54,115 nt of DNA from contig DUQM01000021.1 of NCBI GenBank assembly GCA_012837825.1, positions 1 to 54,115 of the forward strand, read 5' to 3'. The position numbers and the translations under genes were made by a program. Source of the stretch: Actinomycetota bacterium (lineage in GTDB: Bacteria; Actinomycetota; Humimicrobiia; Humimicrobiales; Humimicrobiaceae). The notes beneath the pieces are model-generated. The model had not been told where the DNA came from. It made no database searches and saw only the letters and a program-made list of their open reading frames with translations. Shown here one piece after another: positions 17,873 through 27,933 of this stretch (position 1 is its first letter; each line of letters starts with the position of its first letter).

Positions 17873-18322
17873 ATGGATATACTGAAATACGCGAATAATA
17901 TAATAGCATTTTTTACTAATCCCATCTGGAAATATCTTCTGTACGGGATTATTTTTATGCTTATAATAGTCTGGCTTGCATTCATATACTGGACTTACAG
18001 GGATGCAAAATTAAGGAATGCCCCGGCGCCTTTCTGGGCTATTGTTGTATTTGTTTTTAATTATGTAGGGTTGATTTTATATTTAATTTTAAGACCACCT
18101 GAATTCATAGATGATGTTGTGGAAAGAGATCTGGAAATAAAAAGGATGGAATTTCTTTTGGACAGTGCTTATGTAAAATGTCCTGCATGTGGCAAAGAAG
18201 TGAAGGAAGATTTTCTCATCTGCCCGCACTGCAGAAGAAAATTAAAGAATTCATGCATTAACTGCCAAAAGCCTTTAAACCTGGATTGGAAAATCTGTCC
18301 TTATTGCAGAACAACACAATAA
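17873..18322 (+). CDS. membrane protein with PLD-nuclease-N-like TM segment and C-terminal double zinc ribbon
   Basis: YWTYRDAKLRNAPAPFWAIVVF...LILRP hydrophobic hairpin. CPACGK...CPHCRR...CINCQK...CPYCRT. ATG 17873 follows GGAGG (the ORF opens at 17852). Confidence 0.7.
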   Translation: MDILKYANNIIAFFTNPIWKYLLYGIIFMLIIVWLAFIYWTYRDAKLRNAPAPFWAIVVFVFNYVGLILYLILRPPEFIDDVVERDLEIKRMEFLLDSAYVKCPACGKEVKEDFLICPHCRRKLKNSCINCQKPLNLDWKICPYCRTTQ

Positions 18323-18367
18323 ATTTTGAAAATTGTTTATTAAGGAAATTGGATAGGGGAGGCTGCT

Positions 18368-18865
18368 ATGAACCTAAAAGCGGAAGAAAAAACTGAGACA
18401 TGCAATAAGCGGGGAGAAAAAATAAAAGAAGACAAGCCTGTCAAGCAGAAAACAAAATGTGAGAGAACTTTAATAATAATAAAGCCTGACGGAGTCCAGA
18501 AAAAACTGATAGGAAGAATAATCTCAAGGTTTGAGGACGATGGTCTGGAAATTGAAAGAATAAGAGTTCTCCATATCGATAAGAATATTGCTCTTATCCA
18601 TTACAAAGAACATGTGGAAAAACCTTTTTTCCCCAAACTTTTACAATATATAACAAGCGGACCTTCAATTGTGATGGTAATAAAAGGTGAAAATGCCGTA
18701 GCAAGGGCAAGAGAGCTTATAGGCTGCACAAATCCTGAGAAAGCAGATAAAGGTACTATCAGAGGAGATTTCGGTACCGATATTACAATAAATGTAGTCC
18801 ACGGTTCCGACAGTGAAAGTTCTGCTGAAAGGGAAATAAATATTTTCTTTGGAAATTATCTGTAA
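18368..18865 (+). CDS. ndk: nucleoside-diphosphate kinase with ~30-aa lysine-rich N-terminal extension
   Basis: ERTLIIIKPDG, active-site region NVVHGSDS. Confidence 0.9.
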   Translation: MNLKAEEKTETCNKRGEKIKEDKPVKQKTKCERTLIIIKPDGVQKKLIGRIISRFEDDGLEIERIRVLHIDKNIALIHYKEHVEKPFFPKLLQYITSGPSIVMVIKGENAVARARELIGCTNPEKADKGTIRGDFGTDITINVVHGSDSESSAEREINIFFGNYL

Positions 18866-18957
18866 TAACCTATAATACTTAAAGTAACAAAATAAAGATA
18901 ATCATTATTATATGCTAATATTGCTATGGGCAATATTGATAAAACAGAAAGGTAATA

Positions 18958-19206
18958 TTGAAAAGAAGAGGGATAGTAGTATTTTTTATTATTATTATAG
19001 GAGGTATCCTGGGTGCCATTCTCGGCCATGTCTTAAGAGACATAGTCCCTATTCTTGACCAGGGACTTAAAGTTGGTACCGATCAGCTAAGTCTTAATCT
19101 TTACCTTATTGATGTAAGTTTTAGTATTCATGTCAATATAACGCTTGGGGCAATAATAGGCCTATTACTTGCTTTTTTACTTGCCGATGTTTTTAGAAGA
19201 AAATAA
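18958..19206 (+). CDS. DUF4321-like small membrane protein
   Basis: 82 aa with two hydrophobic segments, in the conserved position just upstream of maf/mreB. Confidence 0.6.
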   Translation: MKRRGIVVFFIIIIGGILGAILGHVLRDIVPILDQGLKVGTDQLSLNLYLIDVSFSIHVNITLGAIIGLLLAFLLADVFRRK

Positions 19207-19831
19207 TAAAAAAAAAGTAATTTTAGCCTCAAAGTCTCCCAGAAGAGCAGATATCTTTTATAAATTAAATCTTGATTTTAAGATAATAGCTCCAATCCGT
19301 ATAAAAGAAAAAATATTTGAAGATCCTGCCGAAACTGTGACCTTTAACAGCCTCAGGAAAGCCGAAAATATTGCCCGCTGTATTAAAACTGACAAATCAG
19401 CTGCTTTTAAAAAAAGTGATTTCGAAAGATTAATAATTGCCGGTTTTGATACAATTGTTTTTCTTGAGGGAAGATTTTTTATAAAACCAGAGAGCACAGA
19501 AGAAGCCGGAGAATTTTTAAAAATATTTTCCGGTAAAACCCACAGAGTTTATTCAGGTGTGAGCCTAATCAGTCTTGCTGATGAAAAGGTGTTTTCTGGT
19601 TATGATATGACAGAAGTTACATTTCGAGAGCTGGATGATAAAGATATTGAAGACTATCTGGAAAAAGAAAATGTTCTTGATAAGGCTGGAGCCTATAATC
19701 TTGATGGCTATGGATGTATACTTGTAAAGAAGATCAACGGGTGTTTTTACAATGTTGCAGGTCTTCCTGTGTGCAAATTTCTGGAAATGATTAAAAAATT
19801 AGGCTATAGTCTTAAGGATTTTCAAAAATAA
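19187..19831 (+). CDS. maf: Maf-like nucleoside triphosphate pyrophosphatase
   Basis: VILASKSPRRADIF, GAYNLDGYG. ATG 19187 is preferred over the ORF opening at 19169. Confidence 0.85.
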   Translation: MFLEENNKKKVILASKSPRRADIFYKLNLDFKIIAPIRIKEKIFEDPAETVTFNSLRKAENIARCIKTDKSAAFKKSDFERLIIAGFDTIVFLEGRFFIKPESTEEAGEFLKIFSGKTHRVYSGVSLISLADEKVFSGYDMTEVTFRELDDKDIEDYLEKENVLDKAGAYNLDGYGCILVKKINGCFYNVAGLPVCKFLEMIKKLGYSLKDFQK

Positions 19832-19932
19832 TTTTATACTTTACGGTATATTTTTTATTTGATTGTTTTTGTAATATATATTTAAATGAAATAATTGTTT
19901 TTAAGCATAAAATTTAATTATGAGGAGAGCTG

Positions 19933-20964
19933 ATGTTTGACTTTTTTCTAAATGTAGTCGGTAGGGATATGGGTATAGATCTTGGAACTGCAAACACCCT
20001 TGTTTATGTAAAAGGAAAAGGTGTTGTTCTTGATGAACCCTCAATAGTGGCAATTGACAAAGATACAAATAAAATACTTGCAGTCGGAAAAGAAGCTAAA
20101 AGGATGGTGGGCAGAACTCCCGGAAATATTGTAGCAATCAGACCTTTAAAAGACGGAGTTATTGCAGATTTTGAAACGACTGAAAAAATGCTGAGATATT
20201 TTATTCAGCGTGTTCATAGAAATGTGGCATTTGCAAGGCCAAGGATAGTAATATGTGTTCCGTCAGGAATAACTGCAGTTGAAAGGAAGGCGGTGGTGGA
20301 AGCCGCTGAACAGGCAGGCGCAAGAGCAGCTTATATAATAGAGGAGCCGCTTGCTGCAGCGATAGGAGCCGACCTTCCCATCAATGAGCCTACCGGTTCA
20401 ATGATAGTCGATATCGGCGGGGGGACTTCAGAAGTAGCTGTTATATCTCTTGGAGGTATTGTGGTAAGCCAGTCACTTAGAATAGGTGGAGATGAACTGG
20501 ATGAAGCAATTACATATTATCTGAAAAAAGAGCATAATCTTCTATCGGGGGAAAGGACTGCTGAAAAGGTAAAAATAGAAATCGGTTCTGCTTTCCCTCT
20601 TGAAAATGAAGAAAAAATGGAAATAAACGGAAGAGACCTGGTAGCCGGTCTGCCGAAAACGATCATTATTACAAGCCAGCAGATAAGAAAAGCGCTTGAA
20701 AAAAGCATTGCAGATATTGTTAACTCAATAATAGAAGTACTGGATGTGACACCGCCTGAGCTTGCATCAGACATAATGAAAAGAGGTATAGTGCTAAGTG
20801 GCGGCGGAGCCCTTCTTAAAGGATTAACTGAAAGAATAAGCAGGGAAACACACTGCCCGGTTTATCTGGCAAATGATCCCCTTGCTTCGGTTGCGCTTGG
20901 TACAGGCAAGGTTTCTGAAGACTTTGCAATTCTGAAAAGATACCTTAAATATGCAAAGCATTAA
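19933..20964 (+). CDS. mreB: rod shape-determining protein MreB
   Basis: [31 protein letters not shown]. Confidence 0.95.
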   Translation: MFDFFLNVVGRDMGIDLGTANTLVYVKGKGVVLDEPSIVAIDKDTNKILAVGKEAKRMVGRTPGNIVAIRPLKDGVIADFETTEKMLRYFIQRVHRNVAFARPRIVICVPSGITAVERKAVVEAAEQAGARAAYIIEEPLAAAIGADLPINEPTGSMIVDIGGGTSEVAVISLGGIVVSQSLRIGGDELDEAITYYLKKEHNLLSGERTAEKVKIEIGSAFPLENEEKMEINGRDLVAGLPKTIIITSQQIRKALEKSIADIVNSIIEVLDVTPPELASDIMKRGIVLSGGGALLKGLTERISRETHCPVYLANDPLASVALGTGKVSEDFAILKRYLKYAKH

Positions 20965-20991
20965 AAATTTAAATATTTTACTTTATGGATA

Positions 20992-21807
20992 TTGATGGCT
21001 TCCTCAAGAAAAAGCATTAGGAATATTATTATCTTATTAATAATTGTTGTGCTGTGTCTTGTGGTAATTGCTGCAAGTTTTCGAGATGCCAGTGTAATCA
21101 AATCTTTAAAGGAAGGGACTCTTGATTTTTTCAAGCCAGTACAGGAGAGACTTTATACTTTTTTCCAGCCGGTAATCAGGACATTTGATAATATCAGGAA
21201 TTTCTTTGCTCTTTCTGCGAAAATAAAGGAGCTTGAGCAGGAAAACGCGAAGCTTTTAAGGGATTATTCTGAAAATATAAATCTGAAAATTGAAAATGAT
21301 TCCCTGCGAAGTCTGCTTGAAATAAAGCAAAGAGCAAACCACAAGACAGTAGCTGCCAAAGTGATCGGCTATAATACTGATAAGTGGCAGTCGGAAATTA
21401 TTCTTAATGCAGGTAAAAATGACGGTGTTCTTGAAGGCATGTGCGTCATAAATGAAAAAGGTCTTATAGGTATTGTTATACTGAGCGCAAGCAACTCATG
21501 CAATGTAAGATTATTAAATGATCCCCAGACCAGTCTTGGAGCAAGAATACTTTCTTCCAGAAGCCTGGGAATGGTTGAAGGGACTCAGAATAATATCATA
21601 TTTTTTAATTATATTTCCAAAAATGATATTGTTTATCCCGGAGACATACTGGTAACTGCTGAATTCGGGAAGTATATTCCTGAGGAGATACTTATAGGTA
21701 CTGTGAAAAAAGCAACATCTTCTGAAAGTAATCCTTATCAGGAAATAGAGATAGAGACTTTTGTGGATATGCGGAAGATAGAAAACGTTCTGATAATAAC
21801 CGGCTGA
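20992..21807 (+). CDS. mreC: rod shape-determining protein MreC
   Basis: N-terminal TM, coiled coil (IKELEQENAKL), beta-rich C-terminal domain, position between mreB and mreD. Confidence 0.85.
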   Translation: MMASSRKSIRNIIILLIIVVLCLVVIAASFRDASVIKSLKEGTLDFFKPVQERLYTFFQPVIRTFDNIRNFFALSAKIKELEQENAKLLRDYSENINLKIENDSLRSLLEIKQRANHKTVAAKVIGYNTDKWQSEIILNAGKNDGVLEGMCVINEKGLIGIVILSASNSCNVRLLNDPQTSLGARILSSRSLGMVEGTQNNIIFFNYISKNDIVYPGDILVTAEFGKYIPEEILIGTVKKATSSESNPYQEIEIETFVDMRKIENVLIITG

Positions 21808-21820
21808 TAACAGACAGCAA

Positions 21821-22330
21821 ATGAAATATTTTTTAAAAATAATACATTTTTTTATTCTTGTTTTTTTTATTATCGTTCAGATAATATTTGGAGAACAGCT
21901 TGAAATCTATTATATAAGCTTCGACTTTATCCTTGTTGTATTGGTGGCTGCCACTCTTAAGGATGGTTTTTTAACAGGAATGGTTTTTGCCTTTGTTGCC
22001 GGGATGATATTTGACCTGCTTTCAGGAGCAATAGTAGGCGTTTCTCCGCTGATTTTTTCATTATGTGTTTTTGTAATCTGCCGGCTTGTAAGCTCAGGAC
22101 TAAAATTAAGGCTTTTAAGCTATATTTTTATTGTAATTATTTCAACAGAGATAAATATAATATTATTGAATATTCTTTATTATCTGTTTAATTTTAAAAT
22201 GGATTTCACATCTGTTGTTGCTGAGCTGATAACAAAACCTTTACTTAATATATTGCTGGTCTTTATTATATTTCCATTATTCAGGTTAAAATTTTCCGGA
22301 GAAGATATCGTTGAATATCAATTCAAATAA
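21821..22330 (+). CDS. mreD: rod shape-determining protein MreD
   Basis: 169-aa polytopic membrane protein directly after mreC. Confidence 0.75.
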   Translation: MKYFLKIIHFFILVFFIIVQIIFGEQLEIYYISFDFILVVLVAATLKDGFLTGMVFAFVAGMIFDLLSGAIVGVSPLIFSLCVFVICRLVSSGLKLRLLSYIFIVIISTEINIILLNILYYLFNFKMDFTSVVAELITKPLLNILLVFIIFPLFRLKFSGEDIVEYQFK

Positions 22331-24203
22331 GAAACTTATCTTTATAAGCTATTTTGTAATCGTAGTTGTTGTAATGCTGACTCTGAGATTATATTTTCTA
22401 CAGGTAATGAGTGGTGAAATTTATGCGCAGGCAGCTTCAGAAAATATTACGAGAACCAGGTCTACTGCAGCCCCGAGAGGAAATATATATGACAGAAATG
22501 GCAAACTTCTTGTTGAAAGCATCCCGACAATTGCAGTTGCAATAGATCCCTATACTGTACTTGGCAGGGAAGATGTCATGACAATTTTAAGTTCAAAGTT
22601 AAAAATTTCTTACCGTGACCTTAAGAAAAAGCTTGAAGAAAAGAAGACCACCTATATAGACAGGGTAATCATTAAATATGATATTGATCAGGAAACACTT
22701 GTATACCTGAAGGAAAACAGCAACAACCTTCCGGGCGTGGAAGTGATAAATATTTTTTTAAGAAAGTATAATTACGGATATCTGGCATCCCATGTGCTTG
22801 GTTATACCGGAGAAATCACGGAAGAAAAATTGAAAATGGAAAAATACAAAACAGGCTACGAGGGCGGAGATCAGGTAGGACTAAGTGGAATCGAAGCACA
22901 GTATGAAGATATACTCCAGGGAATAAAAGGTAAAATCGTTTATGAAGTGGATCCTCTTGGCAGACCTACCGATATAATAGAGCAGACTGATTATATACCC
23001 GGAAATGATATATATATTACCATAGATATAGAACTTCAGAGATTTGTGGAAGAAACTCTGGCAACTCAGCTTGAACAGATAAGGGAAACAAAAATAAAAA
23101 ATACCAATGAATATTACAGGGCCGGCGGAGGAGCTGCGGTAGTAATGGATGTCAAGACAGGAGAGGTTCTCGCAATGGCAAGCAATCCTACTTATGACCC
23201 CGGTGTTTTCGTAGGAGGCATTTCCATAGCTGACTGGAACGAACTTAACAAGCCTGTAAACAGATATCCTTTGAATAACAGAGCTCTGATGGGATTTCCT
23301 CCCGGATCGGTGTTTAAGATAGCCACTGCATACGCAGGACTGAGCGAAGGAATAATAAACAACGGGACTTCATTCAGCTGTGCAGGAACCTGGTACGGCC
23401 TTGGTAGCGACTACCCCAAAACCTGCTGGAATAAAGGCGGACACGGCGGGCTGAATATACTGGGGGCATTACAGAATTCATGCGATACTTTTTTTTATGA
23501 ACTGGGACTTAGGCTTTATCTCAAAAACAAGAATGCTGATGAGCTGTTGCAGAAATACTGCAGGATTCTTGGTTTTGGCGAGCCGACAGGTATTGATCTG
23601 CCTAATGAAGAAAGCGGAATAATACCTGATAAAACATGGAAAAAAGAATGGTTTAAGAATGATAAAGCCAATTCTGTCTGGTTTCCGGGTGATACTGTAA
23701 ATATGTCAATAGGCCAGGGTGATGTACTGGTTACTCCTCTTCAGATGGCTTATTCATATATGGCAGTTGCGGACAGAGGCATACAACATGTTCCTCATAT
23801 ATTAAAAGACATAAGCGAAGACGGCGGTGAAAATCTTTTTGATTACTCTGTTGGAGAAGTCAGGGATCTCAATCTTAATCAGGATTATTTAAATACTATA
23901 GAAACCGGGCTTTACTTTGTCAGTAAACAGGGTACAGCAGCAAGCGCGTTTTCCGGCTTTCCCATGAATGAATTTCCGGTTGCAGGCAAAACAGGTACTG
24001 CAGAGTTTGCAGGCAGACAGGATTATGCCTGGTTTACATGTTATGCTCCCATAGACAATCCGGAATATGTAATAGCTATAATGCTTGAAGAAGCGGGAGG
24101 GGGAGGAAGAAACGTTGCTCCCATAGCAAGAAGGATACTCGAGTATCTGTTTAATATTGAAAGTAGCGGAATAGTCCGTTCAGTTGATAGTTTTGGAGAT
24201 TAA
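22311..24203 (+). CDS. mrdA: penicillin-binding protein 2 (elongasome transpeptidase)
   Basis: SxxK as GSVFK, SxN-like NSCD, KTGTA, and N-terminal TM plus dimerisation domain. Confidence 0.9.
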   Translation: MNINSNKKLIFISYFVIVVVVMLTLRLYFLQVMSGEIYAQAASENITRTRSTAAPRGNIYDRNGKLLVESIPTIAVAIDPYTVLGREDVMTILSSKLKISYRDLKKKLEEKKTTYIDRVIIKYDIDQETLVYLKENSNNLPGVEVINIFLRKYNYGYLASHVLGYTGEITEEKLKMEKYKTGYEGGDQVGLSGIEAQYEDILQGIKGKIVYEVDPLGRPTDIIEQTDYIPGNDIYITIDIELQRFVEETLATQLEQIRETKIKNTNEYYRAGGGAAVVMDVKTGEVLAMASNPTYDPGVFVGGISIADWNELNKPVNRYPLNNRALMGFPPGSVFKIATAYAGLSEGIINNGTSFSCAGTWYGLGSDYPKTCWNKGGHGGLNILGALQNSCDTFFYELGLRLYLKNKNADELLQKYCRILGFGEPTGIDLPNEESGIIPDKTWKKEWFKNDKANSVWFPGDTVNMSIGQGDVLVTPLQMAYSYMAVADRGIQHVPHILKDISEDGGENLFDYSVGEVRDLNLNQDYLNTIETGLYFVSKQGTAASAFSGFPMNEFPVAGKTGTAEFAGRQDYAWFTCYAPIDNPEYVIAIMLEEAGGGGRNVAPIARRILEYLFNIESSGIVRSVDSFGD

Positions 24204-24204
24204 A

Positions 24205-25431
24205 ATGGCTCTAAGAGGCAGGCATATAGTCGGCAGAAGCATTGACAATTCTTCCTTTTTGGAAGAAATCAATGTAGACAAAGAGAAGAAAAAAACTTTT
24301 AAATTTGATTTTGTCCTTCTGATTTGCGTGCTTTTATTATCAGGATTCGGTTTGCTGGTCATTTACAGTGCGACAATGTTCAGCCTGTCTGACGGTGTAT
24401 CAGATCCGGCATACTATTTCAAGAAACAGCTTACTCTCCTGCTGGTTTCGATTTTTATTTTTGGAGCTCTCTTGTTTGTAAATTACAGAAGATTCAAAAG
24501 ATTTTGGATAATTGTGTTTGCTGCAAATGTTCTTTTGTTAATAAGTGTTTTGATATTTGGTTATGAAGTTAATGCAACCAAAGGCTGGATTGATTTGAAA
24601 TTTACTTCAATACAGCCTTCCGAATTCGCAAAGATATTTATGATTATCTGTGTTGCGGCTGTTCTTTCTAAATGGCGATCAGAAAAAAAACCAGTGGTAA
24701 GTTTTAAGAAAGTCATCCTATCCATATTTATTGCTTTTCTGACTATCGGTCTTATTCTTCTTGAACCTGATTTTGGACAGTCCATCATTATATTTATTGT
24801 TTTTGTTCTTATGCTTTTTGTATCAGGGGCGAACTTTCTATATGTCCTTGGCGTGATAGGAGTAACCATAAGCGGTGTCTTTGCAGGCCTTAGAATGGGG
24901 CTTATAAAGCAGTATCAGCTTGACAGGCTTCTGATATTTCTCAGGCCTGATGTCAAGCCTGAAGGAGCAGGATATAATCTTTTCCAGTCAAAAATAGCAA
25001 TAGGCTCCGGGAAATTATTTGGCAAAGGACTTTTTCTTGGGACCCAGACAAATCTTAACTATGTTCCGGAGCACCGTACAGATTTCATTTTTTCCGTCAT
25101 AGGCGAAGAGTTCGGATTTATTGGTGCATTCATTACAATAATCATATTTGCAGTAATCATCTGGCGTTGTTTCAAAATAGCCAGACAGGCAAGCGACCAG
25201 TTTGGTTTTCTGTTATCAGCCGGTGTGGGATTTCTTATACTTACCCAGATGACAATAAATATCGGAATGACAATTGGTCTGATGCCTATCATAGGAATAC
25301 CTCTGCCGTTTTTGAGCTATGGGGGTTCAAACCTTTTAAGTGTTTTTATTGGTATTTCTCTTGTTGAAAACGTTTATATGCGCAGGGAAATACGAAAAGA
25401 CTATGAAATTGCAAATGAGGAATTCAAATAA
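24205..25431 (+). CDS. rodA: SEDS family peptidoglycan polymerase RodA
   Basis: QPSEFAK, DFIFSVIGEEFGFIG, GIPLPFLSYGGS. ATG 24205 lies just after the mrdA stop. Confidence 0.9.
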   Translation: MALRGRHIVGRSIDNSSFLEEINVDKEKKKTFKFDFVLLICVLLLSGFGLLVIYSATMFSLSDGVSDPAYYFKKQLTLLLVSIFIFGALLFVNYRRFKRFWIIVFAANVLLLISVLIFGYEVNATKGWIDLKFTSIQPSEFAKIFMIICVAAVLSKWRSEKKPVVSFKKVILSIFIAFLTIGLILLEPDFGQSIIIFIVFVLMLFVSGANFLYVLGVIGVTISGVFAGLRMGLIKQYQLDRLLIFLRPDVKPEGAGYNLFQSKIAIGSGKLFGKGLFLGTQTNLNYVPEHRTDFIFSVIGEEFGFIGAFITIIIFAVIIWRCFKIARQASDQFGFLLSAGVGFLILTQMTINIGMTIGLMPIIGIPLPFLSYGGSNLLSVFIGISLVENVYMRREIRKDYEIANEEFK

Positions 25432-25433
25432 AA

Positions 25434-27245
25434 TTGAAAAGACTAAGTTATCGGCAGCTGGAAAAGCTGCTTGAAGGAGTATTAAAACCCGGCAGGTATA
25501 TTGGAAATGAAGCTGGCATAAAAAGTAAAGCTATCAGCACTGCCACAGACACGGAATCAATGGTTTTTACTGCTCTTGTATTTCCGGATACCTATGAAGT
25601 GGGCATGTCCAATCTTGGAATGCAGATTCTTTATGATCTGATAAACAAAAACAAGGATTTCAGCGCGGAAAGAGTCTTTTCACCATGGTTTGATCTGGAA
25701 GATAATCTTCTCAAATCAGGATTAAAGCTTTTTTCACTCGAAAACAGAATTTTTCTGGATGAATTCGATATAATCGGCATAAGCCTTCAACATGAACTTA
25801 TGTATACAAACACCCTGAACATACTCAGGCTTGGGCAGATTGCAATAAAAACAAAAGACAGAAAAGAAGAAGCTCCCCTGGTATGTGCGGGAGGTCCCTC
25901 ATGCTTTAATCCGCTGCCCATGGCTCCTTTTGTTGATTTCTTTGTTATTGGAGACGGGGAAGAAGTATTTATAAGAGTTCTTGAAATCCTGAAGGAAAAG
26001 AAAAAGAACAGGAAATCAAAAAAATGGTTTTTTGACAATATAAGAGAATTTGAAGGAATTTTTATACCTGAGGATTACAATTTCTTTTACGGCAGCCGGG
26101 GTCTGCTTGAAAAAATAGAGCCTGACAGAAAAATCAGAAAAGCCGTATTAAGGAAAATAGACGATTTTGATATAGTAAAAGATCCTGTCATTGCAAATAT
26201 AAAGCCGGTGCATGACAGATTTGTCTGCGAAATAATGAGAGGTTGCTTTCGGGGTTGCAGATTTTGCCAGGCAGGATATATTTACAGACCGGTAAGATAC
26301 AGAAATCATGAGAAGCTTAAGCTCCAGTGCACGGAAGGTATTGCAAAAAGCGGATATGATGAAATTTCATTCCTGTCTCTCTCAAGTGCTGACTATCCCG
26401 GGCTTGAGAAGCTGATAAACGGTTTTACCGGAGACATAAAAGATAAAAGAATATCTGTTTCACTTCCTTCAATGAGGCTGGACAGCTTCGGTTTTAATAT
26501 TGCCAGGCTGATACAGGGCGGAAGAAAAACCGGGCTTACATTTGCCCCTGAAGCCGGAAGCCAGTCCATGCGTGATGCAATCAATAAAAATATTGATAAA
26601 GATGAGATGCTTGCATGCATGGCAACTGCTTTCAGTGAAGGATGGGAAAAGGTAAAGCTTTATTTTATGATAGGCTTTCCGGATGAGACTGAGGAGGATA
26701 TCCTGGCAATACCGGAACTGGTAAAAGAGATATTGAGGACGGGAAGAGAATTTCTCCCCGACAGAAAGGCAGGAAGAATAGGAATAAACCTGAGTATAAA
26801 TGCTTTCTGCCCCAAGCCATTTACCCCGTTCCAGTGGGCTGGACAGGATTCGACAGAAATCCTTAAAGAAAAGTTTGCAATCATCGTAAGTCTTCTTCCA
26901 AAAAAAGCCGTTAATGTGAGCTGGTCAGATCCGAGAAAAAGCAAACTTGAGTGTGCGATATCCAGGGGAGATATAAGAACGGCAAAAGCTGTCGAGAACG
27001 CCTTCATAAAAGGGGCGCGTTTTGATAATTGGAGCGAATATTTCAATTTTGAAATATGGGAAAATGCTTTTAAAGAGGCAGGCATCGATATGGACTTTTA
27101 TTCTTTAAGAGAGATGTCTTATGATGAACTTTTATGCTGGGATTTTATTGATATAGGTGTAAAAAAGGACTTCTTCATTAAAGAAAACAACAAGGCAAAA
27201 GAGATTCTTAGATCCGGAAAAGCAAATAATGCAAGTGATTTTTAA
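25434..27245 (+). CDS. B12-binding-domain radical SAM protein (TIGR03960-like)
   Basis: CxxxCxxC as CFRGCRFC, and N-terminal B12-binding-like domain (LVCAGGPSCFNP). Confidence 0.8.
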   Translation: MKRLSYRQLEKLLEGVLKPGRYIGNEAGIKSKAISTATDTESMVFTALVFPDTYEVGMSNLGMQILYDLINKNKDFSAERVFSPWFDLEDNLLKSGLKLFSLENRIFLDEFDIIGISLQHELMYTNTLNILRLGQIAIKTKDRKEEAPLVCAGGPSCFNPLPMAPFVDFFVIGDGEEVFIRVLEILKEKKKNRKSKKWFFDNIREFEGIFIPEDYNFFYGSRGLLEKIEPDRKIRKAVLRKIDDFDIVKDPVIANIKPVHDRFVCEIMRGCFRGCRFCQAGYIYRPVRYRNHEKLKLQCTEGIAKSGYDEISFLSLSSADYPGLEKLINGFTGDIKDKRISVSLPSMRLDSFGFNIARLIQGGRKTGLTFAPEAGSQSMRDAINKNIDKDEMLACMATAFSEGWEKVKLYFMIGFPDETEEDILAIPELVKEILRTGREFLPDRKAGRIGINLSINAFCPKPFTPFQWAGQDSTEILKEKFAIIVSLLPKKAVNVSWSDPRKSKLECAISRGDIRTAKAVENAFIKGARFDNWSEYFNFEIWENAFKEAGIDMDFYSLREMSYDELLCWDFIDIGVKKDFFIKENNKAKEILRSGKANNASDF

Positions 27246-27248
27246 AAA

Positions 27249-27914
27249 ATGGAAAGCTATAAAATAAGATTTAAATTTCAGAAAATCAATGAGTTCAAAT
27301 ATCTTTCCCATCTCGAAACTGTAAGACTTCTTGTAATGGCAGCAAGGAGAGCGAAAATACCTATAAAATACAGTGAGGGCTTCAATCCCAATCCAAAGCT
27401 TAATTTCAGTTTTCCTGTTCCTGTCGGTCTTGGAAGTTTTGCGGAATATGCGGATATGGATGTATATGAGAAAATTGATCTTAGCAAATTCATAGCTGAC
27501 TTAAATAAGAATCTGGGAAAAGGGATGGAAATTCTGGATGCCTTATTTCATAAAGAAAAACTTCCCAGCCTTATGGCTGATATTTCGATAATAAAGTATG
27601 TTTTCAGGCTGAGTTTTGATGATAAGTCTTTTCTGGAAGAATATAAAAGCGAAATCGAAAGCATGGTCAAAGAAACCTGCTCAGTCTGGATGTATGAATT
27701 TGCAGAGCCTGAAACTGATGCTGATATTGTTTATTTAAATTTATTTGGATATACTAAATTGTTAAATAATAATAAGATATTCAAATTTAATGATTTTTTA
27801 ATAAATTTAAAAATATTGTCAAGCAATAAAAATGTGGGTATTATGGATTTTTTTAAGAAGGAAGCTTATGTGATAAGAAGTAATATTCTTAAAACTCCCA
27901 TGTGTATTGTTTGA
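27249..27914 (+). CDS. radical SAM-associated protein (TIGR03936 / DUF2344-like)
   Basis: FKFQKINEFKYLSHLETVRLL...SEGFNPNPK N-terminus typical of DUF2344. Abuts the radical SAM gene. Confidence 0.7.
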   Translation: MESYKIRFKFQKINEFKYLSHLETVRLLVMAARRAKIPIKYSEGFNPNPKLNFSFPVPVGLGSFAEYADMDVYEKIDLSKFIADLNKNLGKGMEILDALFHKEKLPSLMADISIIKYVFRLSFDDKSFLEEYKSEIESMVKETCSVWMYEFAEPETDADIVYLNLFGYTKLLNNNKIFKFNDFLINLKILSSNKNVGIMDFFKKEAYVIRSNILKTPMCIV

Positions 27915-27933
27915 TTAAAGGAGTTTAAAAAAT

